This document shows positions 10,012-20,855 of a stretch of 64,000 nt of DNA, in pieces. The notes beneath the pieces are model-generated. The model was not told the DNA's origin and made no database searches. It saw only the letters and a list, made by a program, of their open reading frames with translations. How positions within the stretch are numbered: position 1 is the first letter of the stretch; each line of letters begins with the position of its first letter. The translations under genes and the position numbers were made by a program. This DNA is from Gemmatimonadales bacterium (GTDB lineage: Bacteria; Gemmatimonadota; Gemmatimonadetes; Gemmatimonadales; GWC2-71-9), in assembly GCA_038321865.1 (NCBI GenBank), contig JBBQFH010000006.1, positions 65,199 through 129,198 of the forward strand, read 5' to 3'.

Positions 10012-11406
10012 TCACGACAATTCGAACGACTCGCCGTGTGCCGGCACCCGCACGTCGGGGATCCCTTCCTCGCGCAGGATCGCCGCCATGGCCTCGAGTG
10101 CGGTCGGCTCGCCGTGGACGCAGAACGCGCGCCTGATGGGCCCGCCGATGCGCTTCACCCAGGCGCGCAGCTCGTCGCGATCGGCGTGGGCGGAGTAGCC
10201 GCCTATCGTTCCGGTCGAGGCACGCACCTCGTGGTCCTGGCCGAAGATCTTCACCAGCCTGGCGCCGTCCTGGATCCGCCGGCCAAGCGTACCCTCCGCC
10301 TGGAATCCGACGAAGAGCACCAGCGTCCGGTGGTCGCCCACGTTGTTCGCCAGATGGTGCAGGATCCGGCCGTTCTCCGCCATGCCCGACGCGGCGATGA
10401 TCACCGCCGGGCCCTGCAGCCGGTTCAGCGCCTTCGATTCCGCGACGTCGCGGACGTAGCGCACCAGCGGGACGTCGAAGATCGGCGCGCCCGACTCCAC
10501 GAGGACTTCACTCCGGTCGAACGTCTCGGGGTGCATCCGGAATACCGACGTCACCTCGACCGCCAGGGGGCTGTCGATGTAGACCGGAATCTCCGGGATC
10601 TTCTTCTGCCGATAGAGCTGGTTGATGCTGTACACCAGCTCCTGCACGCGACCGACGGCGAAGGCCGGCACCAGCACCTTGCCGCCGGCCGCGGCGGTCC
10701 GGCGAATCGCCTCGCCCAGCCGCTCCTCCGAGCCGGCCACCGAATCATGCAGGCGTTCAGCGTAGGTGGACTCGATGATCAGCGTGTCGATCGGGCCGGC
10801 GGGAGGCTCGGGGTCCCGGATGATCGGCAGGCCCTTGCGGCCGATGTCTCCCGAGAAAACGAGACGGTGCGATCCGCCCTCGGTGATACGCAGGTCCACC
10901 GAGGCTGACCCCAGGATGTGGCCGGCATCGAGATATTCGAGCGTCATGTTCTTCCGGATGTGGTGAATCCGGTGATACGGAATCGCCACCATGAGCTTCT
11001 GCACCCGCACCGCATCGGCCATGGTGTACAGCGGGTGGGCATCGGGGCCGGCCCGGCCCCGGCGCTCCAGAAACTCGAAGTCCTTCTCCTGGATGTGCGC
11101 CGAGTCGGCCAGCATGACTGCGCACAGATCACGCGTGGCCGGCGTGACGAAGATGTTGCCGTGATAGCCCTGGTTGGCCAGCAGCGGGAGCCGGCCGGTG
11201 TGATCGATGTGGGCATGGCTCACCACGATCGAGTCGATCCGCCGGGGATCGAACGGCAGCTCGGCGTTGAGCTTCCGGGCATCGGTGCGATGACCCTGGA
11301 AGAGGCCGGCATCGAGCAGCACCCGGGCGCCCGCCGCCTCCAGCAGGTGCATCGAGCCCGTGACCTGTCCGGCCGCTCCCCAGAACGTCAGCCTGATTGG
11401 ACTCAT
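10012..11406 (-). CDS. MBL-fold metallo-hydrolase with beta-CASP/RNA-specificity domain (RNase J/CPSF-like)
   Basis: I start at ATG 11406 (MSPIRLTFWGAAGQVTGS). Metal-binding motif VVSHAHIDHTGRLP. The C-terminal GGYSAHADRDEL matches the beta-CASP motif C region. Confidence 0.88.
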   Translation of the reverse strand: MSPIRLTFWGAAGQVTGSMHLLEAAGARVLLDAGLFQGHRTDARKLNAELPFDPRRIDSIVVSHAHIDHTGRLPLLANQGYHGNIFVTPATRDLCAVMLADSAHIQEKDFEFLERRGRAGPDAHPLYTMADAVRVQKLMVAIPYHRIHHIRKNMTLEYLDAGHILGSASVDLRITEGGSHRLVFSGDIGRKGLPIIRDPEPPAGPIDTLIIESTYAERLHDSVAGSEERLGEAIRRTAAAGGKVLVPAFAVGRVQELVYSINQLYRQKKIPEIPVYIDSPLAVEVTSVFRMHPETFDRSEVLVESGAPIFDVPLVRYVRDVAESKALNRLQGPAVIIAASGMAENGRILHHLANNVGDHRTLVLFVGFQAEGTLGRRIQDGARLVKIFGQDHEVRASTGTIGGYSAHADRDELRAWVKRIGGPIRRAFCVHGEPTALEAMAAILREEGIPDVRVPAHGESFELS

Positions 11407-11422
11407 GAGTCGCTTTCGATGG

Positions 11423-12070
11423 CTAGCGGGTACCGAAGAGCCGGTCGCCGGCGTCGCCGAGCCCGGGGAGGATGTAGCCGACCGAACTGAGCTCGCGGTC
11501 GAGCGCGGCGGTGAAAATGGCCACGTCGGGATGGTGCTCGAGCATGCGCTGCACGCCTTCCGGCGCCGCGACGAGACACAGGAACCGGATGCGCTGGGCG
11601 CCGGCATGCTTCAGCGCCGCCACGGCGGCCACGGCGCTGCCGCCGGTGGCCAGCATCGGGTCGAGGACGAAGAAGTCGCGCTCGATTTCGTCGGCGGGAA
11701 TCTTGAAGTAGTAGTCGATCGGCTGCAGGGTGTCGTGATCGCGGTACAAACCAATGTGTCCCACGCGGGCCGAGGGGATCAGCTGTGCGATGCCCTCGAC
11801 CATGCCGAGTCCGGCGCGAAGGATCGGCACCAGCGTGAGCTTCTTGCCCGAGACCTGCCGGCCCTCCATCGATTCGAGCGGTGTCTCGATGGTCACCGAC
11901 TCGGTCGGCAGGTCCTTGGTCGCCTCGTACGCCATCAGCGTGGCGATCTCGTTCACCAGCTGCTTGAAGTCGCGGGTGGGGGTCCGGCGATCGCGCAGAA
12001 TGGTGAGCTTGTGCTGGATGAGCGGATGGGTGACGGTCGTGAGGTTCGGGAAGTCGCGTGGGGCAGGCAT
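11423..12070 (-). CDS. upp: Uracil phosphoribosyltransferase
   Basis: [13 protein letters not shown]...[11 protein letters not shown]...[11 protein letters not shown]...[16 protein letters not shown] are canonical Upp motifs. I start at ATG 12070. Confidence 0.93.
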   Translation of the reverse strand: MPAPRDFPNLTTVTHPLIQHKLTILRDRRTPTRDFKQLVNEIATLMAYEATKDLPTESVTIETPLESMEGRQVSGKKLTLVPILRAGLGMVEGIAQLIPSARVGHIGLYRDHDTLQPIDYYFKIPADEIERDFFVLDPMLATGGSAVAAVAALKHAGAQRIRFLCLVAAPEGVQRMLEHHPDVAIFTAALDRELSSVGYILPGLGDAGDRLFGTR

Positions 12071-12147
12071 GGCAGTAAGATGGCCGCGGCATCCGGCAGG
12101 CGGTAGGCGGGAGCCGCGATGGTCCGCGGTCCCGCCCTGCGCGCCGG

Positions 12148-13305
12148 TTATTTGACGGTGAACGGAATTGAATACTCGGTCCCGGCCCACCGCATTCGCA
12201 TCACGCCGCCCGTGCCGGCCGGCTCCAGCATCATGGTGAACTGCTCCACCGGCTGCGCCAGCGCCGTGCTGGTGAGGTCGAAGCGGCCGAAATCCTGGGC
12301 CGCGTCATACTCGGTGCCCCACTGGCCGTGCTGCCTGTTGATGATGAGCTTCGCGCCCGATTTGCCGGGCAGTGTCCAGAGCGTGTAGGTGCCGGCGGGC
12401 ACCGTGGTGCCGCCGATCACGAGGTCGCGATCGGTGACGAGCTGGGTGGCGGCGTTGGCGCCGGTCCGCCAGACCTGGTCCCAGGGCACGACGTCGCCGA
12501 AGATGACGCGCCCGCGCTGATGCGGCCGGCCGTAATCCACCAGGACCGTCGCGCCCCCCACCGAGGTGCGGGCGGTGTCGCGCGGGGAGAGCTGGCCCAT
12601 CGCCCCCGACGCGGCCTCGCGCGCGGCAAACATCCTGGCGATGCCATCGGCATCGACGTTGTCCACCCGTTCGACCAGCACCTTGTCGGTGGTCTGGCGG
12701 CCGTCGAGGTTGAGCACCCGGCCGACGTTGTCCAGCCGGGCGAAGGCCGGCAGGCCGAACAGGTCGATGACCGCCGAGTCGCGCCGCATGATCAGCTTCG
12801 TCTGGGTGGTCTGGGGCGCACCGGGGAACACCATGTCCACCATGAGCGAGTCGCGCTTCTCGGCGCGGGCCTGGCGGATCATCTGCTCGTAGAAGGCGAA
12901 GGTGAGCGGCGGCATGGGGACCGCACCGGGGCGGACCGCCAGCTTCATCGTACGGTCGCCGCGTGCGCCATGTATCTCGACCACGGCGGTATCGCCGACG
13001 ATCGTGACGACGCTGTTCTGCACGGCGGGTCCGGCCAGCCCGCCGGCGCCGGGGTGCATCGCGGCTTCGTATCGAGTGATCCGGCCGGTGGGGCCGAGCG
13101 TCGCGACGTAATGCAGGATGGTGGTGCGGGGGCTCCGGCTGACGACATCGCCCTCGAGCTGGGTGCGGGTGCGGGAGAACCGCTCCACGGCGACGGTGTC
13201 GTTGCCCAGCTTGACGATGAAGCCGCCGCGTTCCGGCGCCTGGCCGGCCAGCGCGAGCGGGAGGAGCAGCGCGGGCGCTGCGAGCGCGAACACGGAACGG
13301 AACAT
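12148..13305 (-). CDS. Secreted protein with C-terminal DUF2911-like domain
   Basis: Signal peptide [22 protein letters not shown] (ATG 13305). The C-terminal [36 protein letters not shown] pattern is characteristic of DUF2911. Confidence 0.7.
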   Translation of the reverse strand: MFRSVFALAAPALLLPLALAGQAPERGGFIVKLGNDTVAVERFSRTRTQLEGDVVSRSPRTTILHYVATLGPTGRITRYEAAMHPGAGGLAGPAVQNSVVTIVGDTAVVEIHGARGDRTMKLAVRPGAVPMPPLTFAFYEQMIRQARAEKRDSLMVDMVFPGAPQTTQTKLIMRRDSAVIDLFGLPAFARLDNVGRVLNLDGRQTTDKVLVERVDNVDADGIARMFAAREAASGAMGQLSPRDTARTSVGGATVLVDYGRPHQRGRVIFGDVVPWDQVWRTGANAATQLVTDRDLVIGGTTVPAGTYTLWTLPGKSGAKLIINRQHGQWGTEYDAAQDFGRFDLTSTALAQPVEQFTMMLEPAGTGGVMRMRWAGTEYSIPFTVK

Positions 13306-13433
13306 GGAACCTCCGAAGGGAACGGGTCGGACCGGCAGGCGTAATATGGCTGACGGGGGCCAGCCAGGCGAGGATTCAGCGGTTCCACCCACCTTCCCTG
13401 GTGCGGGGGCGCCTCGCTAGATTTGGCGCCCGC

Positions 13434-13506
13434 GGCCAGGTAGCTCAGTTGGTAGAGCACTGCACTGAAAATGCAGGTGTCGACAGTTCGATTCTGTCCC
13501 TGGCCA
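13434..13506 (+). tRNA. tRNA-Phe (anticodon GAA)
   Basis: Hand-folded 73-nt cloverleaf. Acceptor GGCCAGG/CCTGGCC, D arm GCTC-AGTTGGTA-GAGC, anticodon arm CTGCA-CTGAAAA-TGCAG, T arm GACAG-TTCGATT-CTGTC, discriminator A. CCA is not encoded. Confidence 0.93.
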
Positions 13507-13524
13507 CTTCGTTCTTCGCAGCCG

Positions 13525-14829
13525 TCAGTGTCCCACCGCCAGATCACCGGCCCGGCCGCCAGGCCGAAGGTGCCAGCCCGGCGCCAGCGTCAATGTCCAG
13601 CCGCTCCCGTGGATCGTCGAGCCAGCCGTCGTGTCTGCCGGAAGCGCGACCCTGACCGAACGGAAATCACCCGCCACCAGCGCCCCTCCCGCCGTCACGT
13701 CGAGTGATCCCCACTCCGCGCCGAACGCGCCCGTGGGGTATACCGTCCCATTCGATCGCAGCGGCACCAGCGTATTGGGATTGAAGCTTCGGCTGAGCCG
13801 CGGCTGCTCGAGTACAAGCACCGGGCCGGTCACCAGCTGCGACCGGAACTCCGACAGGCGGCTCTGGCGGCTGACCTCGCGCGCGTCCTCGGCGGCGGCG
13901 AGCCGGGCCGCCTCGTAGGAGCCGGCGCGAGCGGCAGCGGGCTCCGCCGGATCAGACGGCGGCACGAAGCGCAGCGCTCGGGCCAGTTCGGTGGCAAGAC
14001 CGTGCTGCTTCATCCGCCCGCGCCATCCGGTGTCGTAGCGATCGAGCAGCAATCCCAGCACGGGACCGGTTCCGTAACCCAGCGAGCGCACGTAGGTGGT
14101 CCGGCCCTCGAAGCGCTGGACATCATCGGCGACGCGAGACAGTGGTGCGCCGGTTTCGCGAAGTGCGATCCGGACTCCGGTGTATTCCGCCAGCCCCTCC
14201 TGACGCTCCAGTGCCGTCTCCAGCGTGTCGGCGCCGGGGTAGAGCTGGTGCCGGCGCGCGCGGAAGAGGAGCGCGTCACGCGCCGCCGCCCGGCCAGGGG
14301 CGCCGGTCCCCCAGAGCGCGGCCGCCAGCGCACGGAGCTCAAGCCGAAGCCAGTAGCGACCGTCCCGCTCGTCGAGGTGCGGATTGAGCGGGTCGGTTCC
14401 CCAGAGTCCCAGGGTGGGCTGAATCCGGTGGAACGACTCGTGAGCCATCAGCGCGATCCGGGTGAAGCGGTCGGCCGGCAGGGGCAGGAGGACCGTCGCC
14501 CAGCGGCGGCCGCCCCATTCCACCGACGTATTCGCGAGCGGCATGTCGGCGGGAAGCTGGCCGACGAAGACCGTTCCCTGCCGGCGGAAGGCCGAGTCCG
14601 GCGGCAGCTGGCTCGCGACCGCGAAGCGCGACGCCGGATCGGCCACGACGATCGGGCCACAGAGCGAGACGCCCCACAGGGCGCCGTGGTCCCGCCGGCA
14701 CGCGGTGCCGAACTCCGACACGGCGAGCCGGGCGGCGGCACTGTCCACGGTCTGGGCCCTGGCCGAGGGCGTGAGAATCCCGGCCATCATGATCGCCCGC
14801 CGGATCGACCGGCTCAGTCGCTGCTGCAT
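13525..14829 (-). CDS. Secreted hypothetical protein with HEXXH motif (putative metallopeptidase)
   Basis: I start at ATG 14829 (MQQRLSRSIRRAIMMAGILTPSARAQ). It contains ALMAHESFHRIQP, an HExxH motif. The upstream 215 codons of the ORF-track entry overlap the preceding gene and are R/P-rich. The start lies 20 nt downstream of the DUF5916 gene stop. Confidence 0.7.
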   Translation of the reverse strand: MQQRLSRSIRRAIMMAGILTPSARAQTVDSAAARLAVSEFGTACRRDHGALWGVSLCGPIVVADPASRFAVASQLPPDSAFRRQGTVFVGQLPADMPLANTSVEWGGRRWATVLLPLPADRFTRIALMAHESFHRIQPTLGLWGTDPLNPHLDERDGRYWLRLELRALAAALWGTGAPGRAAARDALLFRARRHQLYPGADTLETALERQEGLAEYTGVRIALRETGAPLSRVADDVQRFEGRTTYVRSLGYGTGPVLGLLLDRYDTGWRGRMKQHGLATELARALRFVPPSDPAEPAAARAGSYEAARLAAAEDAREVSRQSRLSEFRSQLVTGPVLVLEQPRLSRSFNPNTLVPLRSNGTVYPTGAFGAEWGSLDVTAGGALVAGDFRSVRVALPADTTAGSTIHGSGWTLTLAPGWHLRPGGRAGDLAVGH

Positions 14830-14849
14830 GCAAATCCCTCGCAAGCTCG

Positions 14850-17501
14850 TCAGAGTCCCAGCCAGTAGGTCGCCTTCACGGCCAGCACATTGGTGGCGGC
14901 GTTGTCGAAGATGGCGCCGAAGTCCCGGCGGAAGCTGAAGTCGCCGATCGGCGCGGACCCTGCCCGCTGCTGCTGCCAGACCAGGAAGAGGGTCGAGCCG
15001 GGCCGATACTCCCAGCGAAAGACCAGGTTGGCCCGGAGCGAGCGGAAGTTGAAATTCTGGGGCGGGATGGTGAATGCCGCCGCGGGGCCGTTCCCGTCCG
15101 GGTCGACGGCAAACCCGCCGGCGGGATCGGGGCTGATGGTCCCGATGTCCCGTCCGTACACATCGAACGCGAACGTCTTCGGCGCGTGCAGCTCCTTGTA
15201 GTCGGTGTAATCCCCCGACACGATCAGCGGCTGGACGTAGAGCTGGAGACTCATCTTTGGAGAGAACGTCCAGTTGAGCCGCGTGTCGAGCGCCAGGTCT
15301 GTTTCCTTGATGGTCGCGAAGACGTTGCGCTGTCCGAAGGTCGCCGTGGCCAGCGGATCGGGGACGGTGGTGATGAACTGCGACACGTTGCGCGAGCGGG
15401 AGTAGGACGGCCCGACTGAAAGCTGGAAATTGGGCCCGGGATGCACCGTGGCGCTGATGCCCGCCGTCCGGCTCCACCCACCGGCCGGGTTCCAGTTGAT
15501 GTTGCCGCTGAGATGCAGCGACACGAGCCCGCGGTTGGACGAGGACAAATCGGCGTCGACGTCATTCCGCGCCGGCAGCTTCACCAGCGGGCCGCCGCGG
15601 GTGAGCTGGTCGTCGAGTGTTGCAATGTTGTGCAGGCTGAAGGTGTTCAGCTGCCAGAAGTTGTGGAACCGCACGTTGATCACGTTGCCGATGTAGCTCC
15701 CGACGTGATTCCCGTCCCAGTTCCAGTCATGCCCGGTGAGAATGCCGACGATGTAGTCCCGGAACAGCGCCCCAGGCTTCGTTTCCTGATAATGGATGTC
15801 GGTCGAGATCGTCCGGCGGTTGACGGTCTGGGTCAGACCGATGTCGTTGGTCTCATACCCCGGGCTCTTTTCCTGATAGGCGAGGTTTCCGCCCCAGTGG
15901 CGGCCGGACAGCTTGGTGAGGGCGATCTGAGCCGCGTGGCCGCCGAGCGAGGTGCGTGTCGGGTCGTAGACCAGGCTGGTCGCGTCCGGCCGCTGGAAAT
16001 ACCGTGCGCTCAGGCGCTGCGTCCGTGCGATTGCATTCTCGCTGCCGTGAATCGTGCTCGCGGCGAACGACGCGTCGAGTGCCCAGGTCCGGTTGCCCCA
16101 CGAATGATTCATGTCGAGTCCGCCAAGATAGGCCTGGGAACGGAGCAGATCCTCGAGCCCCGGGTCGTTCAGCCGGCGGTTGACCGCGGTCACGATTCCC
16201 CCGATCACCGTGTTGCCCGCGCGGAGCTCGCGACGGACCCGGCCGACGAGGTAGTTGGAGAGCGGCTCCACCCGGCCCCGTTGAATGACGCCGCCGCCGT
16301 CGACGAATCGGCCGGTCTCATCCGGCGTGACCGCGTCGAGGAAGGCGATCGACCAGCCCCGCCGGGTCTTGCCGGTCAGCTTCACCGCGGCCGCGATCGT
16401 GGTCTGGTCAGGCGACTCGCTGAACGTCGATCCCGGTGCGCCGATCGAGCCCTGTGGGGGCCGGCCGATGCGCCGCGAAAAAAAGGTCGCCGGGGTGCCC
16501 GCCGAGTTGAACGTGCGGAGCTGACCGAAGGCGAAGAGATCCGCGCTCTCCACGAAGAACGGCCGCTTTTCCTGAAAGACCGTCTCGAAGGCTGACAGGT
16601 TCACGACCGCCGGGTCGACCTCCACCTGACCGAAGTCGGGGTTGATCGTCGCGTCGAGTGTGAGGTCGCTGGTAATGCCGTACTTGAGATCAGCGCCGGC
16701 GGAGCCGGCATAGTCGTGCCCGCTCCGGAATGGATCGCCCGCGTCGGTGGGAGCGTACGTGGCGCGCGACGAAACGTACGGTGTGACCTCGAGCCGGCGG
16801 GCCTCCGGCAGCCCGCCCATGCCGGCGAGGTGCCCGAAGCGGTTCACGCCGCTTTGCTCGCTCTTCGGCACGAACGACAGGACGTTGCGTTCCTGCTTGC
16901 GCTGGATGAATCGTTCTACCTGGATCCCCCACCGATCGACACCGGTACTGTAGCGCAGCTGGGAGAGCGGAATACGCAGCTCGGCGGTCCAGCCCAGCGA
17001 ATCGATCGACGTCGCGAGATCCCAGATCGGGTCCCACGAGTAGTCCTGCCTGCCGTCAGAGCCGATCGCGGCATCGCCCTTGTTGCCGGCTGGGAAGACG
17101 TCGAACAGGAACGCCGTGAGATGATCGTGCCGGGCATCGAGCCGGATGGTCAACCGGTCACTGGCCGGCTGATCGTCCCGTCGGCCCAGCCGCCTGACGA
17201 TCCGCCCCGGCTCGTGGTCGAACATGCGCGCCCCGATGTAGATCGCATCGTGCGCCACCAGCACGCGGATCTCCGTGCGCTCGCTGGCCGGCTTGCCCTC
17301 GTCGGGATCGGTCTGGGTCGCGAGACTGGCGGGAGACGCCATCGCCCAGGCCGCGTCATCCAGCCGGCCGTCTACCCGGATCTCTCCGCTGAGCGGAGCT
17401 GCCGCGATGGTGGGTACCGATTCGTGCCCTGCCGTGGCCTGGGCGGCCAGTACGGGGGCACACAGGAATGACAGCAGCCCGGAGAGGTGGGCCCAGCGCA
17501 T
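14850..17501 (-). CDS. CBM9-like / DUF5916 family outer-membrane-type protein
   Basis: Signal peptide MRWAHLSGLLSFLCAPVLAAQA (ATG 17501; TTG 17528 is an alternative). The N-terminal IRVDGRLDDAAW...WTAELRIPLSQLRY is CBM9-like. A long beta-rich C-terminus ends in an aromatic-rich strand, KATYWLGL. It is a paralog of 55698..58232. Confidence 0.8.
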   Translation of the reverse strand: MRWAHLSGLLSFLCAPVLAAQATAGHESVPTIAAAPLSGEIRVDGRLDDAAWAMASPASLATQTDPDEGKPASERTEIRVLVAHDAIYIGARMFDHEPGRIVRRLGRRDDQPASDRLTIRLDARHDHLTAFLFDVFPAGNKGDAAIGSDGRQDYSWDPIWDLATSIDSLGWTAELRIPLSQLRYSTGVDRWGIQVERFIQRKQERNVLSFVPKSEQSGVNRFGHLAGMGGLPEARRLEVTPYVSSRATYAPTDAGDPFRSGHDYAGSAGADLKYGITSDLTLDATINPDFGQVEVDPAVVNLSAFETVFQEKRPFFVESADLFAFGQLRTFNSAGTPATFFSRRIGRPPQGSIGAPGSTFSESPDQTTIAAAVKLTGKTRRGWSIAFLDAVTPDETGRFVDGGGVIQRGRVEPLSNYLVGRVRRELRAGNTVIGGIVTAVNRRLNDPGLEDLLRSQAYLGGLDMNHSWGNRTWALDASFAASTIHGSENAIARTQRLSARYFQRPDATSLVYDPTRTSLGGHAAQIALTKLSGRHWGGNLAYQEKSPGYETNDIGLTQTVNRRTISTDIHYQETKPGALFRDYIVGILTGHDWNWDGNHVGSYIGNVINVRFHNFWQLNTFSLHNIATLDDQLTRGGPLVKLPARNDVDADLSSSNRGLVSLHLSGNINWNPAGGWSRTAGISATVHPGPNFQLSVGPSYSRSRNVSQFITTVPDPLATATFGQRNVFATIKETDLALDTRLNWTFSPKMSLQLYVQPLIVSGDYTDYKELHAPKTFAFDVYGRDIGTISPDPAGGFAVDPDGNGPAAAFTIPPQNFNFRSLRANLVFRWEYRPGSTLFLVWQQQRAGSAPIGDFSFRRDFGAIFDNAATNVLAVKATYWLGL

Positions 17502-17622
17502 CGGCGACTCTGAATGAAGGGAAGTCAATCACGCCCGTTCCCTATCTCGACGAAGGGTGCGGCAGAATGGTTGCAGCCATCCCCGGATTGACATTCGTGT
17601 CCTGACCCGGCTGGATTCCGCG

Positions 17623-19230
17623 ATGCTCGCTTCCGGAGAATCGGAGTCCGCCTGGGCGCCGCTCCGCCATCCGGTGTTCCGCGCGCTCTGGATCGCGACG
17701 GTCGCGTCGAGCGTGGGCACCTGGATGCACGACACCGCGGCGGTCTGGCTGATGACGTCGCTCACCACGTCGACGCTGCTCGTCGCGCTGATGCAGACCG
17801 CCACGAGTCTCCCGGTCCTCTTTCTCGCGCTTCCCGCCGGCGCGCTCGCCGATATCGTGGACCGTCGCCGCCTGCTGCTCGTCACCCAGGCCTGGATGCT
17901 GGCGGCGGCCGCGCTGCTCGGCCTGCTCACGCTGACCGGGCACGTATCGCCCGGTCTCCTGCTCGGCCTCACGTTCGTGCTGGGACTCGGGGCGGCACTC
18001 AACACGCCGGCATGGCAGGCCACGACCCCCGACCTCGTGCCTCGGAGCGAGCTGCCCGCGGCGGTCGCGCTCGGCGGCGTTGCGACCAACATCGCCCGGG
18101 CCGTCGGCCCGGCGATCGGCGGACTCCTGGTCGCCGCGATCGGATCGGGCGGCGTCTTTCTGCTGAACGCGACCTCGTTCGTGGCCGTGCTCGTGGTACT
18201 CTACCGCTGGCGCAACGCCGCCCCCGAAAGCGTCATGCCGGCCGAGCGCGTCGTCGGGGCCATGCGCGCGGGGGTGCGCTACCTGCGGCACGCGCCGGCG
18301 GTGCGGGCGGTGATGGTGCGCTGCGCCACCTTCATTCTCGGCGCAAGCGCCCTCTGGGCGCTCCTGCCGGCGCTCGCCCGCCACCAGCTCGGCCTCGGCG
18401 CGGTCGGCTACGGCGGATTGCTGGGAAGTCTCGGCGTCGGCGCCATCGCCGGCGGCGCCGTGCTGGGCCCGGTGCGGCGGCGGATGGCGACCGACCGGCT
18501 TGTCGCGGCCGCCACCATCGTCTACGCCGCGGCCACGCTCGCGCTCGGCTGGGTCCGGGTCGTCCCGCTGCTGTGGGCCGCGCTTTTCCTCGCCGGTACG
18601 GCCTGGATGACGGCGATGCCGCTCTTCAACGTCGCGACCCAACGCGCCTCCCCCGACTGGGCGCGCGCACGCATCCTCGCCGTCTACGTGCTCGCCTTCA
18701 TGGGAGGGATGGCGGTGGGGAGTGCCTTCTGGGGCGTCGTCGCATCCCGCCTCGGCATCGCAACGGCACTCAGCCTCGCGGCCGGGGTACTGGTAGCCGG
18801 GCTCCTCACCCAGCGCCGCTTTCCGCTGGCCGTCTGGGAGGGTCTCGACCTCACTCCCTCGGACCACTGGCGCGAGCCGGTGGTGCACGGTGACGTGGGG
18901 CCCGATGAAGGGCCGGTGCTGGTGACCGTCGAGTACCGGATCGCCGTGGAGGATGCGGACGCCTTCGCCGAAGCGATGCGCGGGGTCTCGCTGCTCCGCC
19001 GCCGCGACGGTGCCATTACCTGGGGCCTGTACCGCGATACGGCCGATCCCTGCCGCTACCTCGAAACGTTCGCGGCCGAATCCTGGATCGAGCACCTGCG
19101 CCAGCACGCCCGAGCGACCATGTCGGACAAGCGGATCGAAGCGCGCGCCCGGCAGTTTCACCGCGGGCCGGCGCCGCCAGTGGCCTCGCACCTGCTGCAC
19201 GTACCTGTCTCAAGCAAAAGAAACGATTGA
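17623..19230 (+). CDS. MFS transporter with C-terminal soluble extension
   Basis: [19 protein letters not shown]...[16 protein letters not shown] is typical of the MFS_3/EntS-like family, with about 12 TM segments. About 140 non-membrane residues follow the last TM. I start at ATG 17623. Confidence 0.85.
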   Translation: MLASGESESAWAPLRHPVFRALWIATVASSVGTWMHDTAAVWLMTSLTTSTLLVALMQTATSLPVLFLALPAGALADIVDRRRLLLVTQAWMLAAAALLGLLTLTGHVSPGLLLGLTFVLGLGAALNTPAWQATTPDLVPRSELPAAVALGGVATNIARAVGPAIGGLLVAAIGSGGVFLLNATSFVAVLVVLYRWRNAAPESVMPAERVVGAMRAGVRYLRHAPAVRAVMVRCATFILGASALWALLPALARHQLGLGAVGYGGLLGSLGVGAIAGGAVLGPVRRRMATDRLVAAATIVYAAATLALGWVRVVPLLWAALFLAGTAWMTAMPLFNVATQRASPDWARARILAVYVLAFMGGMAVGSAFWGVVASRLGIATALSLAAGVLVAGLLTQRRFPLAVWEGLDLTPSDHWREPVVHGDVGPDEGPVLVTVEYRIAVEDADAFAEAMRGVSLLRRRDGAITWGLYRDTADPCRYLETFAAESWIEHLRQHARATMSDKRIEARARQFHRGPAPPVASHLLHVPVSSKRND

Positions 19231-19289
19231 CAATCTATGGAATTGCCTTTCATTAACGGTGTCATGGGCAGGATCGCCAGGGAGCCGCT

Positions 19290-20855
19290 GTGAGCGAACA
19301 GGGAGCAGGGCCACCACCGGGACCGGATCTGGAGCGGGGCATCCCCGCCGCCGACATCGCCGATGGCGGGATGATCACCGGGCATGTCGGCGCGGAGGCC
19401 GTGCTGCTCGCGCGCCGCGGGGAGGAGTGGTTTGCGGTCGGGGCCACCTGCACCCATTACGGGGGTCCACTTGGCGAAGGACTGCTGGTGGGCGACACGG
19501 TGCGCTGTCCCTGGCACCACGCCTGTTTCGACCTCCGGACCGGACGTGTGCTCCGCGCGCCGGCGCTGTTCGACCTGCCCTGCTGGAGTGTCGAGCGCCG
19601 GGGCGATCTGGTGGCGGTCGGCGCACGGGTGCAGGCGCCGCCGCCCAAGCCGGTGAGGAACGCCCCGACCCGAATCGTGCTCGTCGGTGCCGGGGCGGCC
19701 GGAAACAGCGCCGCCGAAACGCTGCGCCGGGAGGGGTACGAAGGCAGCATCATCATGATCGATCCCGATCGGGATGCGCCGTACGACCGGCCGAATCTCT
19801 CCAAGGACTATCTCGCGGGCACGGCGCCCGAGGAATGGATTCCGCTGCACCCGCCCGAGTTCTACGAAGAGCTCGATGTGGAGATCGTGCGGGCCCGGGC
19901 CCGGCGGATCGAGCGCGCCGGCCGGCGGGTCGTGCTCGACGACGGCCGCGCGCTGCCGTACGACGCGCTGCTGCTCGCCCCGGGCGCCGAGCCGAACCGG
20001 CTGTCCATTCCGGTGCGGGGCGAGGTCCGCTATCTGCGCTCGCTCGCGGACAGCCGCGCGATCATCCGTGCCGCCGGAAGCGCCAGGCGCGCCGCGGTGA
20101 TCGGCGCCAGCTTCATCGGCATGGAGGTGGCGGCGGCGCTTCGAAGCCGGGGCCTCGACGTGCACGTCATCGCCCCCGACGAGCGGCCGCTCGAGCGGGT
20201 CCTGGGCCCGGCGCTCGGCGATGCGGTGCGGGCCGTGCACGAGGCACACGGGGTCGTGTTTCACCTGCAGCAGAGTCCCGCCGCCGTCGAGCGGGACGCG
20301 GTGGTGCTCGAGAGTGGCGAGCGGGTCGAGGCGGATCTCGTAGTCGCCGGGATCGGCGTGAAGCCGCGGCTCGAGCTGGCCGACTCCGCCGGCCTGGCGC
20401 AGGATCGCGGGGTGACCGTCAACGAGTTTCTCGAGACCACCGTCGCCGGGATCTATGCCGCCGGCGACATCGCCCGCTGGCCCGATCCGCACAGCGGCGC
20501 GCGGATTCGGGTCGAGCACTGGGTCGTGGCGGAGCGCCAGGGACAGACCGCCGCGCGCAACATGCTGGGGCGGCGCGAGCGATTCGATGCGGTGCCGTTT
20601 TTCTGGAGCGTGCATTTCGAGTTGGGTATCACCTACAGCGGATTCGCCGAGCACTGGGACCACATCGAGCTCGCCGGCAATCTGGAGGGGAGGGACGCGG
20701 TGATGTTCTACCAGGACAAGGGGCGCACGCTGGCCACCGTGACCGTCGCCACGGTCGGCGCGGCAGGTGCATTCGCGCGCGACCGGCAGAATCTTCGGGC
20801 GGAGGCGGCGTTGGAGCAGGGCGCCGACCCGATCGCCGCCGCTGGGGCACCATGA
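19290..20855 (+). CDS. Rieske [2Fe-2S] domain fused to FAD/NAD(P)-dependent pyridine nucleotide-disulfide oxidoreductase
   Basis: Rieske motifs CTHYGGPL and CPWHHACF. The dinucleotide fold [18 protein letters not shown] appears, followed by a second one, [18 protein letters not shown] start. Confidence 0.88.
   Translation: MSEQGAGPPPGPDLERGIPAADIADGGMITGHVGAEAVLLARRGEEWFAVGATCTHYGGPLGEGLLVGDTVRCPWHHACFDLRTGRVLRAPALFDLPCWSVERRGDLVAVGARVQAPPPKPVRNAPTRIVLVGAGAAGNSAAETLRREGYEGSIIMIDPDRDAPYDRPNLSKDYLAGTAPEEWIPLHPPEFYEELDVEIVRARARRIERAGRRVVLDDGRALPYDALLLAPGAEPNRLSIPVRGEVRYLRSLADSRAIIRAAGSARRAAVIGASFIGMEVAAALRSRGLDVHVIAPDERPLERVLGPALGDAVRAVHEAHGVVFHLQQSPAAVERDAVVLESGERVEADLVVAGIGVKPRLELADSAGLAQDRGVTVNEFLETTVAGIYAAGDIARWPDPHSGARIRVEHWVVAERQGQTAARNMLGRRERFDAVPFFWSVHFELGITYSGFAEHWDHIELAGNLEGRDAVMFYQDKGRTLATVTVATVGAAGAFARDRQNLRAEAALEQGADPIAAAGAP

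Noticed and set aside
13306-13524. tRNA-Phe as an integration hotspot or genomic-island border
   Set aside because: There is no integrase, no direct repeat of the tRNA 3' end and no visible compositional shift on either side. The flanking genes are ordinary secreted proteins.
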